A stretch of 64,000 bases of DNA from an uncultured Alphaproteobacteria bacterium (GTDB lineage Bacteria; Pseudomonadota; Alphaproteobacteria; Rs-D84), in the NCBI GenBank assembly GCA_905236005.1, contig CAJONJ010000039.1, positions 2,612-66,611 on the forward strand. Reading direction: 5' to 3'. The notes under the pieces were generated by a model that was given only the letters and a program-made list of their open reading frames with translations, made no database searches and had not been told where the DNA came from. How positions within the stretch are numbered: the stretch's first letter is position 1; each line of letters starts with the position of its first letter. Below are positions 21,856-31,470 of the stretch, piece after piece. The translations under genes were made by a program, and so were the position numbers.

Positions 21856-22470
21856 TTATATTAAACATTTTTTTAAATTTTCACCTGTATCATTTTGATC
21901 AACATGTTTATTACGAATTTCTTCTTCTGCTTTGATACGTTGTTTTAACAAAATAATATCAGGATGATTTTGTATTTTTTCATTGATTTTATCTATGGCA
22001 GATTCTATATCTTGTTGATTTTTCACAAAAATTGGTGTAATAGAATCAGCAGCAGACATCACAGATTGCTTTAATAAATCTGCATTATCATCTATGATTG
22101 ATAAATATGCACGTATATGTTCATCTTCATGTTGTAAAATTGCGTTATATGAACAACTGTCTGGCTTATGAGAAATATCTATTTGAACCAAAAAATCAGA
22201 ATATCCAATAACAGCATCTACATTTTTCAATGCGACACAAAAACCATCTTCAATAGAAGTTATATCTGTTGTTATTTCATAATTATCAACCATTGTTGCA
22301 ATAACTTCACCATGTAATATATCCATCTGTTGCAAAGGTTGAACCACACTTTTTTCCCAAGATGGATTTTTTATATTTATTTTTGGTGTTAATTTATATC
22401 CTAAACAATCATCTCCAAAAGATATTGTTGGAACAAATAAAATTAATAAAAACAAATAAAATAATCTCAT
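21856..22470 (-). CDS. Secreted protein with HExxH motif (DUF922-like Zn protease)
   Basis: Signal peptide; CSYNAILQHEDEH. Confidence 0.55.
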   Translation of the reverse strand: MRLFYLFLLILFVPTISFGDDCLGYKLTPKINIKNPSWEKSVVQPLQQMDILHGEVIATMVDNYEITTDITSIEDGFCVALKNVDAVIGYSDFLVQIDISHKPDSCSYNAILQHEDEHIRAYLSIIDDNADLLKQSVMSAADSITPIFVKNQQDIESAIDKINEKIQNHPDIILLKQRIKAEEEIRNKHVDQNDTGENLKKCLI

Positions 22471-22473
22471 GAA

Positions 22474-24888
22474 TTACATTGTTTGCTTTTTTAAATATTC
22501 TGCAACAAAATTATTTCCATAATTTTTATATAATTCTTCTGCCAGTAATACAGATGAACGCCCAGATTCAAATAAACGTAACATATTACCTAAACCACCT
22601 AATTCTGTATTTAAAACCACAGATTCACCATTAACAGGTCTTGATAATAACACAGCACGTTTTAAATTTGGATATGCTTTACCTTGAATAAACGCCATTT
22701 CCAAAGGATTTAAATTCCATTTTTCATAATCACTGATATCAGCGGCTGGATTACGGAAAAACAACACAGTTTGTGCCTGTCCACGAACAACATCACCTAT
22801 TCCCATTTTATCTAGAACATTTGCACGTTGGAAAGAAACCATATAAGCTTGTCTATTTTTACGTCCTTCTTGTAAACCAGCTATGAAATTATCACGAAAC
22901 ATTTTATTTTCTAACATAGGTGCTGTTTCATCAATCATAATTAATGAAGGATTTCCACCGGATACAGTTATTGTGTTTATTCTGTGTAATATATAAGATA
23001 TAACCGCAGGTGCCAAAATTTCATCTTGTAATATATCTGTGAAATCAAAAGTAGTTAACCGAGAATATAAATCCAAAGTATCTTCATTTTCATTAAATAT
23101 ATCACCATATTGTAAATCATCAACCCATTTTTTCAAAGCACTACGCATATTACCATCTGATGAAAAACAACTTTCATATAAATTTTTTAACAACCTGTCT
23201 TTATCTGATAAATAATCAAAATTCACAGACACAGCACGAGCAATTTCATCAGTTGATAAAACATCTGTTTGACCTGTTATTATTGCAAACCATCTACGCA
23301 AGAAAGCTCTGTTTACGGCTGTATCTGGCATTTTTAACGGATTTAAATGTGTTAAAAATGTATTATTTTCTTCATTTTTTTCTTTACCATTCATAGTGAT
23401 ATATTTACCACCAACAGACAAAGTGAAAATTTCAGCACCTTTGTTTCTATCAAAGAAAAATACTTTTAATTTCGGGTGTCTTAAAGATTGAGCAATCAAA
23501 AACGAAAATAAAGTTGTTTTACCACCACCTGTTGGACCAATTGTCAAAGTATGTCCCACAGCAGCTGGTTTATCAGATACATGAAATTGAAATTGATACG
23601 GTGTTCCTTGTGCTGTTGGAAATACAACCAATGGGCCAGGACCCCAATCACTGTTTTTAATACCCTGTGGCATAGAAGACAAAGGTATACTGATTGCAGC
23701 TGTCCTAGATAACATTTTAAAACTACGTGGGAAAACATCAAACCCTGGTATTTTAGCAAAAAATGATACTTTTGCTGCAAAATTTTCAACCACAGGTGAT
23801 ACACCAAAACCAGCACATATTTTTTTAAATTCTGCAATATATTGATTTAATTCATCTAAATTATATCCAAATAAAACAAAAGAAGGATAATAATCAACCA
23901 AAGTTTGATTTCCTGTAATATTTTCATCCATTGAAAATTCTGCTTCCGCTAATTGCTCTGTTGTAGATTCTCTATTTTTATCAGTAATTGTTGATTTATA
24001 TTGCCGTATTAAAAAATCAACATCTTTGTATTGCAATATACGAAAAGCATTCATTGTTATCATTTCACATTGCAAAGTAGATATAGAATCATAAAAATCT
24101 TCATCTAAATAATCAGGTGATATTTTAAAAGATAACATAGCTGAATAATATTTTTTATCACCACTAGTATATTCTACTATACCATTATTTTTAAAATCTA
24201 CATTATCAACTGTCACTACATTGGATATATTATCATCACATTTTTTTATCACAGGTTTTGATACAGGCGACAAAATTCTGCCAAAAAATGTAGCCATATT
24301 ATCAAAATTATCATTTTTTAATAATTCAGGTTTATAAACAGATAAAATAGATTCTATATATCCACAATATTTATCTAGTTTATCTTTATTATTTTGTCCA
24401 GAAACAGAAATAACAAGATAATATGTATTTGTATAAATTTTTAAACCTTGGTTATTCCATTTATTATATATTTTTTGTAACACAGGTTGATCAAATTCAT
24501 AATTTGTTTTTTCATCAGCAAAATCACGTATTGTAAAAAATCTTAAACAAACATCTGAATCTTGTATTTGATTAAATAATTGAGCTCTTAAATCCAGTAA
24601 TTTTTCACGATTTTTACTATCCATCATACTGGTTTGAACACCTTTGATTTTATAAACACGAACCAAAGAACCATCTGTGGTTGACAAAGTATTATCGGTA
24701 TAAACTTTATCAAATGGTAAATATTCAGAATATTTAACATAACCAAACTTTGGTAAAATCTTTTTATTTATCAAAGGAATAAATATTAACAATAAAATAA
24801 ATGCTAAAACTATCAATAAACAAACAACAGTTAGATTTAACATCATTGAATTAGTATTACCAGCAAAATAATCAAATATTTTTTCCAT
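22474..24888 (-). CDS. virB4: VirB4-family type IV secretion ATPase
   Basis: WGPGPL...TAQGTPYQFQFH, Walker A GHTLTIGPTGGGKT, FDRNKG, IMIDE, GRKNR; preceded by a VirB3-like gene. Confidence 0.9.
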   Translation of the reverse strand: MEKIFDYFAGNTNSMMLNLTVVCLLIVLAFILLLIFIPLINKKILPKFGYVKYSEYLPFDKVYTDNTLSTTDGSLVRVYKIKGVQTSMMDSKNREKLLDLRAQLFNQIQDSDVCLRFFTIRDFADEKTNYEFDQPVLQKIYNKWNNQGLKIYTNTYYLVISVSGQNNKDKLDKYCGYIESILSVYKPELLKNDNFDNMATFFGRILSPVSKPVIKKCDDNISNVVTVDNVDFKNNGIVEYTSGDKKYYSAMLSFKISPDYLDEDFYDSISTLQCEMITMNAFRILQYKDVDFLIRQYKSTITDKNRESTTEQLAEAEFSMDENITGNQTLVDYYPSFVLFGYNLDELNQYIAEFKKICAGFGVSPVVENFAAKVSFFAKIPGFDVFPRSFKMLSRTAAISIPLSSMPQGIKNSDWGPGPLVVFPTAQGTPYQFQFHVSDKPAAVGHTLTIGPTGGGKTTLFSFLIAQSLRHPKLKVFFFDRNKGAEIFTLSVGGKYITMNGKEKNEENNTFLTHLNPLKMPDTAVNRAFLRRWFAIITGQTDVLSTDEIARAVSVNFDYLSDKDRLLKNLYESCFSSDGNMRSALKKWVDDLQYGDIFNENEDTLDLYSRLTTFDFTDILQDEILAPAVISYILHRINTITVSGGNPSLIMIDETAPMLENKMFRDNFIAGLQEGRKNRQAYMVSFQRANVLDKMGIGDVVRGQAQTVLFFRNPAADISDYEKWNLNPLEMAFIQGKAYPNLKRAVLLSRPVNGESVVLNTELGGLGNMLRLFESGRSSVLLAEELYKNYGNNFVAEYLKKQTM

Positions 24889-24891
24889 ATC

Positions 24892-25185
24892 TTATACCAC
24901 TAACCTTTTTGGAATTTTATTTCTTAATAATCTTAATTTAGAAAATATTATTTGTGCTATTTGTGGGTCACGTTTAGAATAAATACCTAAAATAGAATGA
25001 GATAATATTAAACAACCTAAAAAACTGAGTGGTAAAGCGAAACTGTTTACACCAAAAACTAAACTAAAAACCAATAACACAATAAATAAAACAAACCAAA
25101 ATATAAAATTTAATATAGCAAGAGAATACGGCACATAAAATATGCGTGGTGGATTTGCCAAAGCTTTTAGAACTTTTTGTTTCAA
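24892..25185 (-). CDS. virB3: VirB3-like membrane protein
   Basis: KALANPPRIFYVPY, two TM segments, KRDP; TTG start at 25185 after a GGAGAGGGA RBS. Confidence 0.75.
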   Translation of the reverse strand: MKQKVLKALANPPRIFYVPYSLAILNFIFWFVLFIVLLVFSLVFGVNSFALPLSFLGCLILSHSILGIYSKRDPQIAQIIFSKLRLLRNKIPKRLVV

Positions 25186-25216
25186 AACTCCCTCTCCTGA
25201 TATACTAATTATAACA

Positions 25217-25445
25217 ATTTCAACTTTTTTCAACAAGCATAAAAGTAACAAGTTTTAAAAATGTTGAAAATATTAAAAATACATTATTTTTCAACTGTTT
25301 ATTATTTTACGATTTTTTTCAACAATTTTATAAAAAATCCCTAAAATCTAAGATTTTTTTGTTGAAAACTTGTTTAAAAAAAGTTTATTTTAATTTTCAA
25401 CAAAACTAACAGACATAATAAAAACAATAAATAAATATAATAAAT
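25217..25445. other. Candidate replication origin (DnaA-box-like cluster)
   Basis: Five exact TTTTCAACA boxes in both orientations plus two variants, followed by an A-rich trinucleotide tract. Confidence 0.6.
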
Positions 25446-25498
25446 ATTTGATTTTTTATAAAACTGGTTTATAATTGCCCAGTAAAAAGGATTTTGAT

Positions 25499-25633
25499 AT
25501 GAAATTTTTAAGTTCTTTAAAAGCTTGGAAAAAACGCGGAAATATTAAACAAATTCGTCGTGGAAAACAAGTTATATTAATTGACCCTGCAAATCCAAAA
25601 TTAAAGGCAAAACAGGGCTTTAAACGGAAATAA
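25499..25633 (+). CDS. rpmJ: 50S ribosomal protein bL36, Zn-independent type
   Basis: MKFLSSLKAWKKRGNIKQIRRGKQVILIDPANPKLKAKQGFKRK (44 aa), AAAAGGA RBS; below the ORF-track cutoff. Confidence 0.85.
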   Translation: MKFLSSLKAWKKRGNIKQIRRGKQVILIDPANPKLKAKQGFKRK

Positions 25634-25688
25634 TACAGTCCAATTGGATGATATTTTTCATACCCAGGTATTATATTTGGGTATTTTT

Positions 25689-26387
25689 TTATTGTTCTGA
25701 TAAAAATGCCTCTTGCAGCACTTTTTTTACTTCTATTTCACCCATACCAGACATACGTAAATAATTTATTTGTTCATTATTTGGTTTATAGATACTGGCA
25801 CTATGGACAGCATTTTTAGGGACAGATTGTATATATTGGGTTGGTTTTAATGTTATTTTAGCTGTTTCATCTGCCATAACAGAAAAAGAAATATCACTGT
25901 CACAGAATTTTTTATTTTTATTTATAATTGCATAACCATTTAATATAGTTTTTGTATTTTTATGTGCTAATACTTTTGTTTTTATAAAAATACCAGTATT
26001 TTCACATAAATGTTCACCTTTTGAATTTATTTCCAAAGAATCATAATTTTGTGCTATTATTTGTCCGTTAAAAACACTATTTTTACCGGTATTTTTAACA
26101 AAAATATTCAAAAAAGCCGGTTTTTTGTTAATAATTTTACCGGAAAATATAATATCAGTATTTTTAGCAGTTATATCTATATTTATATTGATATTACCGG
26201 TTATTTCACCAACATATATAATATGTATTTGTAATTTAGGTGTTTTTAAAATAGATATAGTATTGTTATCAGAATTATAATTTATATTAGTATAATCTGA
26301 TAAATCTTCACAAAAAACACCATCACGAAAAACTAAAGTTTCCGCAGGAAATGTTTTTATATTGAATTCTTGCCAAAGGTATGACAT
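25689..26387 (-). CDS. Short SufB/SufD-family protein
   Basis: LVFRDG, beta-helix region, C-terminal HSASI...EQINYLRMSGM...LQEAF. Confidence 0.65.
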   Translation of the reverse strand: MSYLWQEFNIKTFPAETLVFRDGVFCEDLSDYTNINYNSDNNTISILKTPKLQIHIIYVGEITGNININIDITAKNTDIIFSGKIINKKPAFLNIFVKNTGKNSVFNGQIIAQNYDSLEINSKGEHLCENTGIFIKTKVLAHKNTKTILNGYAIINKNKKFCDSDISFSVMADETAKITLKPTQYIQSVPKNAVHSASIYKPNNEQINYLRMSGMGEIEVKKVLQEAFLSEQ

Positions 26388-26463
26388 ATTTATATCCAGT
26401 TATTTATATGAATAATATAATAAAAAACAAATAAACAAACAACAAATTAATTGGTGAAAAGAT

Positions 26464-27543
26464 ATGGGATTTAATTGTGGTATAGTTGGATTACCAAACG
26501 TTGGTAAATCTACATTATTTAATGCATTAACACAAAGTGCAGCTGCGGATGCTCAAAATTATCCGTTTTGCACTATTGAACCAAATACAGGTCGTGTAGT
26601 TGTTCCTGATGAAACACTGCATAATCTGGCCAAGGTTGCTGGTGCAGAAAGAATAATACCAACACAGCTTGAAATTGTTGATATTGCTGGACTTGTCAAG
26701 GGTGCATCAAGTGGTGAAGGTCTTGGAAATAAATTTTTATCAAATATTTTATCAACTGACGCAATTATTCATGTGGTTAGATGTTTTGAAAATGATGATA
26801 TTGTTCATGTAAATGGTAAAATTGACCCATTATCTGATATAGAAACAATAGAAACAGAATTAATGTTGGCTGATTTAGAAAGTTTAGATAATCAAATAAA
26901 AAAACTTGAAAAAAAAGTTCATGGCCAAGATAAAAATGCCGCTAAATTACTAGCTGATGCAAATAGTATAAAAACAGGTCTTGAAAAATCTATACCAGCA
27001 CGTGATCAAGAAACAGATTCATCACCTTTTAATTTATTAACCAGTAAACCTGTTGTTTATGTATGTAATGTTGAAGAAGCGGCTGCCAGTAAAGGTAATA
27101 AATATTCTGATATTGTTCGTGAAAAATTTGGTTCAAAGGCACCTGTTTTGATTATATCTTCTAAAATAGAAATGGAAATAGCACAAATTGTTGATGTTGA
27201 TGAAAGAAAAATGTTTTTAAATGAACTAGGTTTAAATCAATCAGGTTTAGATCAAGTTATTCACACAGGTTATGATACTTTAGGATTACAAACTTTTTAT
27301 ACTGTTGGACCAAAAGAAGCACATGCTTGGACTATTACAAAAGGAATGACAGCACCACAAGCAGCCGGAAAAATACACAGTGATTTTGAACGTGGTTTTA
27401 TACGTGCAGAAATTATATCACCATCAGATTATATTGAATATGGTGGTGAAGTGGCTGTCAAAGAAGCTGGTAAAATGAGATTAGTTGGTAAAGAATATAT
27501 AATGCAAGAAGGTGATATATGTCATTTCTTGTTTAATGTATAA
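26464..27543 (+). CDS. ychF: Redox-regulated ATPase YchF
   Basis: GIVGLPNVGKSTLFNALT, NYPFCTIEPN, DIAGLVKGAS, GKIHSDFERGFIRAE. Confidence 0.97.
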   Translation: MGFNCGIVGLPNVGKSTLFNALTQSAAADAQNYPFCTIEPNTGRVVVPDETLHNLAKVAGAERIIPTQLEIVDIAGLVKGASSGEGLGNKFLSNILSTDAIIHVVRCFENDDIVHVNGKIDPLSDIETIETELMLADLESLDNQIKKLEKKVHGQDKNAAKLLADANSIKTGLEKSIPARDQETDSSPFNLLTSKPVVYVCNVEEAAASKGNKYSDIVREKFGSKAPVLIISSKIEMEIAQIVDVDERKMFLNELGLNQSGLDQVIHTGYDTLGLQTFYTVGPKEAHAWTITKGMTAPQAAGKIHSDFERGFIRAEIISPSDYIEYGGEVAVKEAGKMRLVGKEYIMQEGDICHFLFNV

Positions 27544-27549
27544 AAATAA

Positions 27550-27596
27550 AAAGCCGGCTTTTTTGATAAAAATATTCAAAAAGGCCGGTATTTTTT
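27550..27596. terminator. Bidirectional terminator between ychF and dnaG
   Basis: GCCGGCTTTTTTGA...TCAAAAAGGCCGGT inverted repeat. Confidence 0.7.
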
Positions 27597-29220
27597 ATTG
27601 ATTATTCATATCCAGTAATAAATCTAATTTTTCTTGTGCTTCGGTAATTTTTTTATCAATTTCTTTTAAAGAATCACTATTTCCATCAGATTTGTTTAAA
27701 ATATCCGCTAATAATTTTTGTTTTTCTAAATTTAATTTTTGAATATATCTTTGTAATTTAAAAGAAACTATAAATTTTTCGGCTTTTTCTAAATTTAAAT
27801 CTGTTTTTGGAACATCTTCATCAAAAGAAATATTCAAAGATGATAAAAAATCTACATACTTTTCAGACAATTCTGGATATGTTTGGACAACAGATTTTAT
27901 AACATTTAAAGTCATATTATCTGCATCAGGTAATTCTATTTCTGGAATATATTTTTGTTTTTTCCATTTATGCCATTGATTAAATTTACGACTGTTGTAT
28001 TCTTGTTCAATTTCATTTTGAAATATTTTATCTGTTATTTTAGATAAACAATCTTTCAAAAATTTTTCAGCTTGTGTTCGTCCATTTGGTGTGTTTGTTA
28101 AATAATTTTTATTTACACTGTCCCATAAAAAATCAATTAAAGAAATTGAATCATCTATTATTTTACGCATAGCAGATTCACCTTGATTTTTTAATATTTC
28201 ATCTGGGTCTTTACCACCAGAAACAAATGCAAAACGAACATCAGAATTATCACGTAAAAATGGTAAAACCAAGACACAGGCCCGTACAGCAGCTTTTTGT
28301 CCTGCTGTATCACCATCAAAACAAAATGTAATATTACGGTTAGATTTACATAAAATTGCAACATGGTCTTCTGTTAATGCTGTTCCAAGTGGTGCGACAG
28401 TTTCAGGAAACCCATGATTTTGCATTTGTATTGCATCTATTTGACCTTCTACTATAATGCTGCGATTTTGGCGATGAATAGCATCACGTGCAAAATTAAA
28501 TCCGAATATAGTTTGTCTTTTATGAAATAATTCTGTATCAGTTGTATTTATATACTTAGGTTCACTGCCATCCAAAGAACGCCCAGAAAAAGCAACAACT
28601 TGACCATGTGCATTAAATATAGGAAACATCAATTTATCACGAAAAAAATCGTATAAGCCATAGTTTCCAACACGTACAAGACCTGTGGCAAGTAATTTAT
28701 CTTTGTTTATATTCGCAAATTTAGATGAAATAACACTGTTTTTTGGTGCATAACCAATTCTATATTTTTTTATCATTTCATCTGAAAAACCACGTTTTTT
28801 TATATAATCTAATGCGATTTTACCGGCATCTGTAAATAATAATTCTTGATAAATTTTTGTTGCAGATTCTGTAATCTGAATATAATTTTCTTCCGCTTGT
28901 TTTTGTTCAGGTGTTTTTTGTTTTATATCTGGCATTTTTATACCAGCCATATCAGCTAGTTCTGTTATAGCTGTTTTGAAATCTACATTTTCAGATTTCA
29001 TTACAAAAGAAATAATATCACCATGTTCGCCACAACCAAAACAATGATAAAATCCTTTTTCTTCTGATACAGAAAAAGAGGGTGTTTTTTCATTATGAAA
29101 AGGACAACATCCCCAATAATTTTGACCCTTTTTTTTCAGTGGTATACGGCGAGAAATCACGTCTACCAAAGATAATCTTTGTCTTAATTCATCAGTAAAA
29201 GAATTATCAAATTTTGCCAA
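27595..29220 (-). CDS. dnaG: DNA primase
   Basis: CPFHNEKTPSF, CFGC, PKYINT, VEGQID, FDGDTAG, GKDPD. Confidence 0.97.
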   Translation of the reverse strand: MAKFDNSFTDELRQRLSLVDVISRRIPLKKKGQNYWGCCPFHNEKTPSFSVSEEKGFYHCFGCGEHGDIISFVMKSENVDFKTAITELADMAGIKMPDIKQKTPEQKQAEENYIQITESATKIYQELLFTDAGKIALDYIKKRGFSDEMIKKYRIGYAPKNSVISSKFANINKDKLLATGLVRVGNYGLYDFFRDKLMFPIFNAHGQVVAFSGRSLDGSEPKYINTTDTELFHKRQTIFGFNFARDAIHRQNRSIIVEGQIDAIQMQNHGFPETVAPLGTALTEDHVAILCKSNRNITFCFDGDTAGQKAAVRACVLVLPFLRDNSDVRFAFVSGGKDPDEILKNQGESAMRKIIDDSISLIDFLWDSVNKNYLTNTPNGRTQAEKFLKDCLSKITDKIFQNEIEQEYNSRKFNQWHKWKKQKYIPEIELPDADNMTLNVIKSVVQTYPELSEKYVDFLSSLNISFDEDVPKTDLNLEKAEKFIVSFKLQRYIQKLNLEKQKLLADILNKSDGNSDSLKEIDKKITEAQEKLDLLLDMNNQ

Positions 29221-31467
29221 TTATTTTGCCTTTTTAACAAATGAACGTTTTACAGTTTTTTTGCTGTTTATTAAATCAATAGCCTCTTCTAGACCAGGTT
29301 TTTCTTTTACAGAAACATTTACACGATTAGAAGATAAATACGGACCATATCTGCCATCAGAATAATAATAAATAGGTTTGTCTGTTTCTGGATTTTTTCC
29401 AAGAATAATTGGTTCTACTTTTTTCTTTTCACCATTTAATAATTCTTTGGCTATATCCAAACTAATATTTTCAAAATTATATTTCTTTGCAGAAACATTT
29501 TTTTCACCATTTGTAACATACGGTCCATATTTACCAATACGGAAAAATATATTCTCACCTAATTCTTTTTCAGATTGTGTTTTTTCAGTTGTCTGTTCTT
29601 CAGGTGTTGGTGCATTATCAGTCAATTTCATAGTATAATTACATTTCGGATAATTATTACAACCGATAAATGCACCATATTTAGATAATTTTATACCCAA
29701 TTTTGCACCGCATTTTGGACATACATTGTTATTATCTTTGAATAAATGATTATGCATAAAATCATTTATATTGTTTATAATATCAACAGTTTTTACATCT
29801 TTTGCAGAATTTATCATGTTATTTGTTGGATTCCAGAAAGATTGTAACGAAGATAATTTATCTTTTTTGCCATTTGACACATCATCTAATGTATCTTCTG
29901 TTTTTGCTGTAAAATTAACATCAACTAAATCTTTGAAATAATTCGCCAAATAAGACACTAAAACCCATCCGGCAACAGTTGGATGAAAACGATGTTGTTT
30001 ATCTTGTTCAACATATTTTCTATCTACAATTGTTGACATAATCGTTGCATACGTTGATGGACGGCCAATTCCAAGTTCTTCAAGTTTTTTAACCAATGAT
30101 GCTTCTGTAAAACGTGCAGGTGGTTGTGTAAAATGTTGTTCAGGTTTTAATGATGTAATTTCAATTTTATCATTTATATTTAACACAGGTAATTTTACAT
30201 CACCAGATTCTTTTTCATCATCATTATCTTCTATATAAACTTTCATAAAACCATCAAATATGCGTGTTGTGCCGACACAATGAAAAACTGCATTTTTAAC
30301 ATCTATATCCACAGAAACAGAATCAAATTCAGCATTACTCATTTGACAAGCAACTGTTCTTTTCCATATTAATTCATACAATTTTGCTTCATCACCAGAT
30401 AAATTTACTTTTTGATTCAGAAAATGTGTTGGACGAATTGCTTCGTGTGCTTCTTGTGCATTTTTAGATTTTGTTACATAAATATTTGGTGTTGGTGGTA
30501 AAAATTTATCACCATATTCTTTGGATATATATTCACGAATTTCACCGACTGCTTCCACAGATAAATTAGTAGCATCAGTTCGCATGTATGTTATAAATCC
30601 TTGTTCATATAATTTTTGAGCCGTAGCCATAGTTCTTTTAGAAGAAAAATGCAATTTACGTGCAGCTTCCTGTTGTAACGTAGATGTTGTAAAAGGTGCT
30701 GCTGCATGTCTTTGAACTTTTTTCTTTTCTATATTTGAAACAATACCTGTGGTTGGTGTGTTTATAACAGATATTATATCATCAACCATTTTTTGATTTT
30801 CAATGGTCATTTTTTCTATTTTTTTACCATTGAATTTTACAAGACCAGCAATAAACGTATTTTTATCAACATTGCAATTTGCATCTACAGACCAATATTC
30901 AATAGGTTTAAAAGCTTCTATTTCTTTTTCACGGTCAACTACCAATTTTACAGCCACAGATTGAACACGTCCGGCAGATTTACCAAGATTACGTCTCCAT
31001 AACAAAGGTGAAATACTGAAACCAATTAAATAATCTAAAATTCTGCGGACCAGATAAGCATCAACCAAATTATTATCTATTTCACGTGGTTCTTTTAATG
31101 CTGCTAAAATAGCATTTTTTGTAATCTCGTGAAAAGTTACACGATATACAGGTTTGCTTTTGATAACATCACGGGTATTTAAAATATCATTTATATGCCA
31201 AGCAATGGCTTCACCTTCACGATCCGGATCGGATGCCAGATATATTGCATCTGCTTTTTTAATTTCATCAATTATCAATTTAATTTGTTTTTCTTTACCA
31301 GGCATAATTTGCCATTTAGGTTTAAAATCATGTTCTATATCAACACTGCCGGATTCTGGTACTAAATCACGAACGTGTCCCACAGATGCAATAACACGCC
31401 AACCGTTTCCCAGATATTTTTCAATTGTTTTTGCTTTTGATGGTGATTCAACAATAAGTAGATTCAT
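29221..31467 (-). CDS. topA: DNA topoisomerase I
   Basis: IVESPSKAKTI, DPDREGE, SAGRVQ, ITYMRTD, EAHEAIRPT, GIGRPSTY. Confidence 0.97.
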   Translation of the reverse strand: MNLLIVESPSKAKTIEKYLGNGWRVIASVGHVRDLVPESGSVDIEHDFKPKWQIMPGKEKQIKLIIDEIKKADAIYLASDPDREGEAIAWHINDILNTRDVIKSKPVYRVTFHEITKNAILAALKEPREIDNNLVDAYLVRRILDYLIGFSISPLLWRRNLGKSAGRVQSVAVKLVVDREKEIEAFKPIEYWSVDANCNVDKNTFIAGLVKFNGKKIEKMTIENQKMVDDIISVINTPTTGIVSNIEKKKVQRHAAAPFTTSTLQQEAARKLHFSSKRTMATAQKLYEQGFITYMRTDATNLSVEAVGEIREYISKEYGDKFLPPTPNIYVTKSKNAQEAHEAIRPTHFLNQKVNLSGDEAKLYELIWKRTVACQMSNAEFDSVSVDIDVKNAVFHCVGTTRIFDGFMKVYIEDNDDEKESGDVKLPVLNINDKIEITSLKPEQHFTQPPARFTEASLVKKLEELGIGRPSTYATIMSTIVDRKYVEQDKQHRFHPTVAGWVLVSYLANYFKDLVDVNFTAKTEDTLDDVSNGKKDKLSSLQSFWNPTNNMINSAKDVKTVDIINNINDFMHNHLFKDNNNVCPKCGAKLGIKLSKYGAFIGCNNYPKCNYTMKLTDNAPTPEEQTTEKTQSEKELGENIFFRIGKYGPYVTNGEKNVSAKKYNFENISLDIAKELLNGEKKKVEPIILGKNPETDKPIYYYSDGRYGPYLSSNRVNVSVKEKPGLEEAIDLINSKKTVKRSFVKKAK

Positions 31468-31470
31468 TTT

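Noticed and set aside
25186..25251. Extended VirB3 start
   Set aside because: Runs into the box cluster; the RBS supports TTG 25185.
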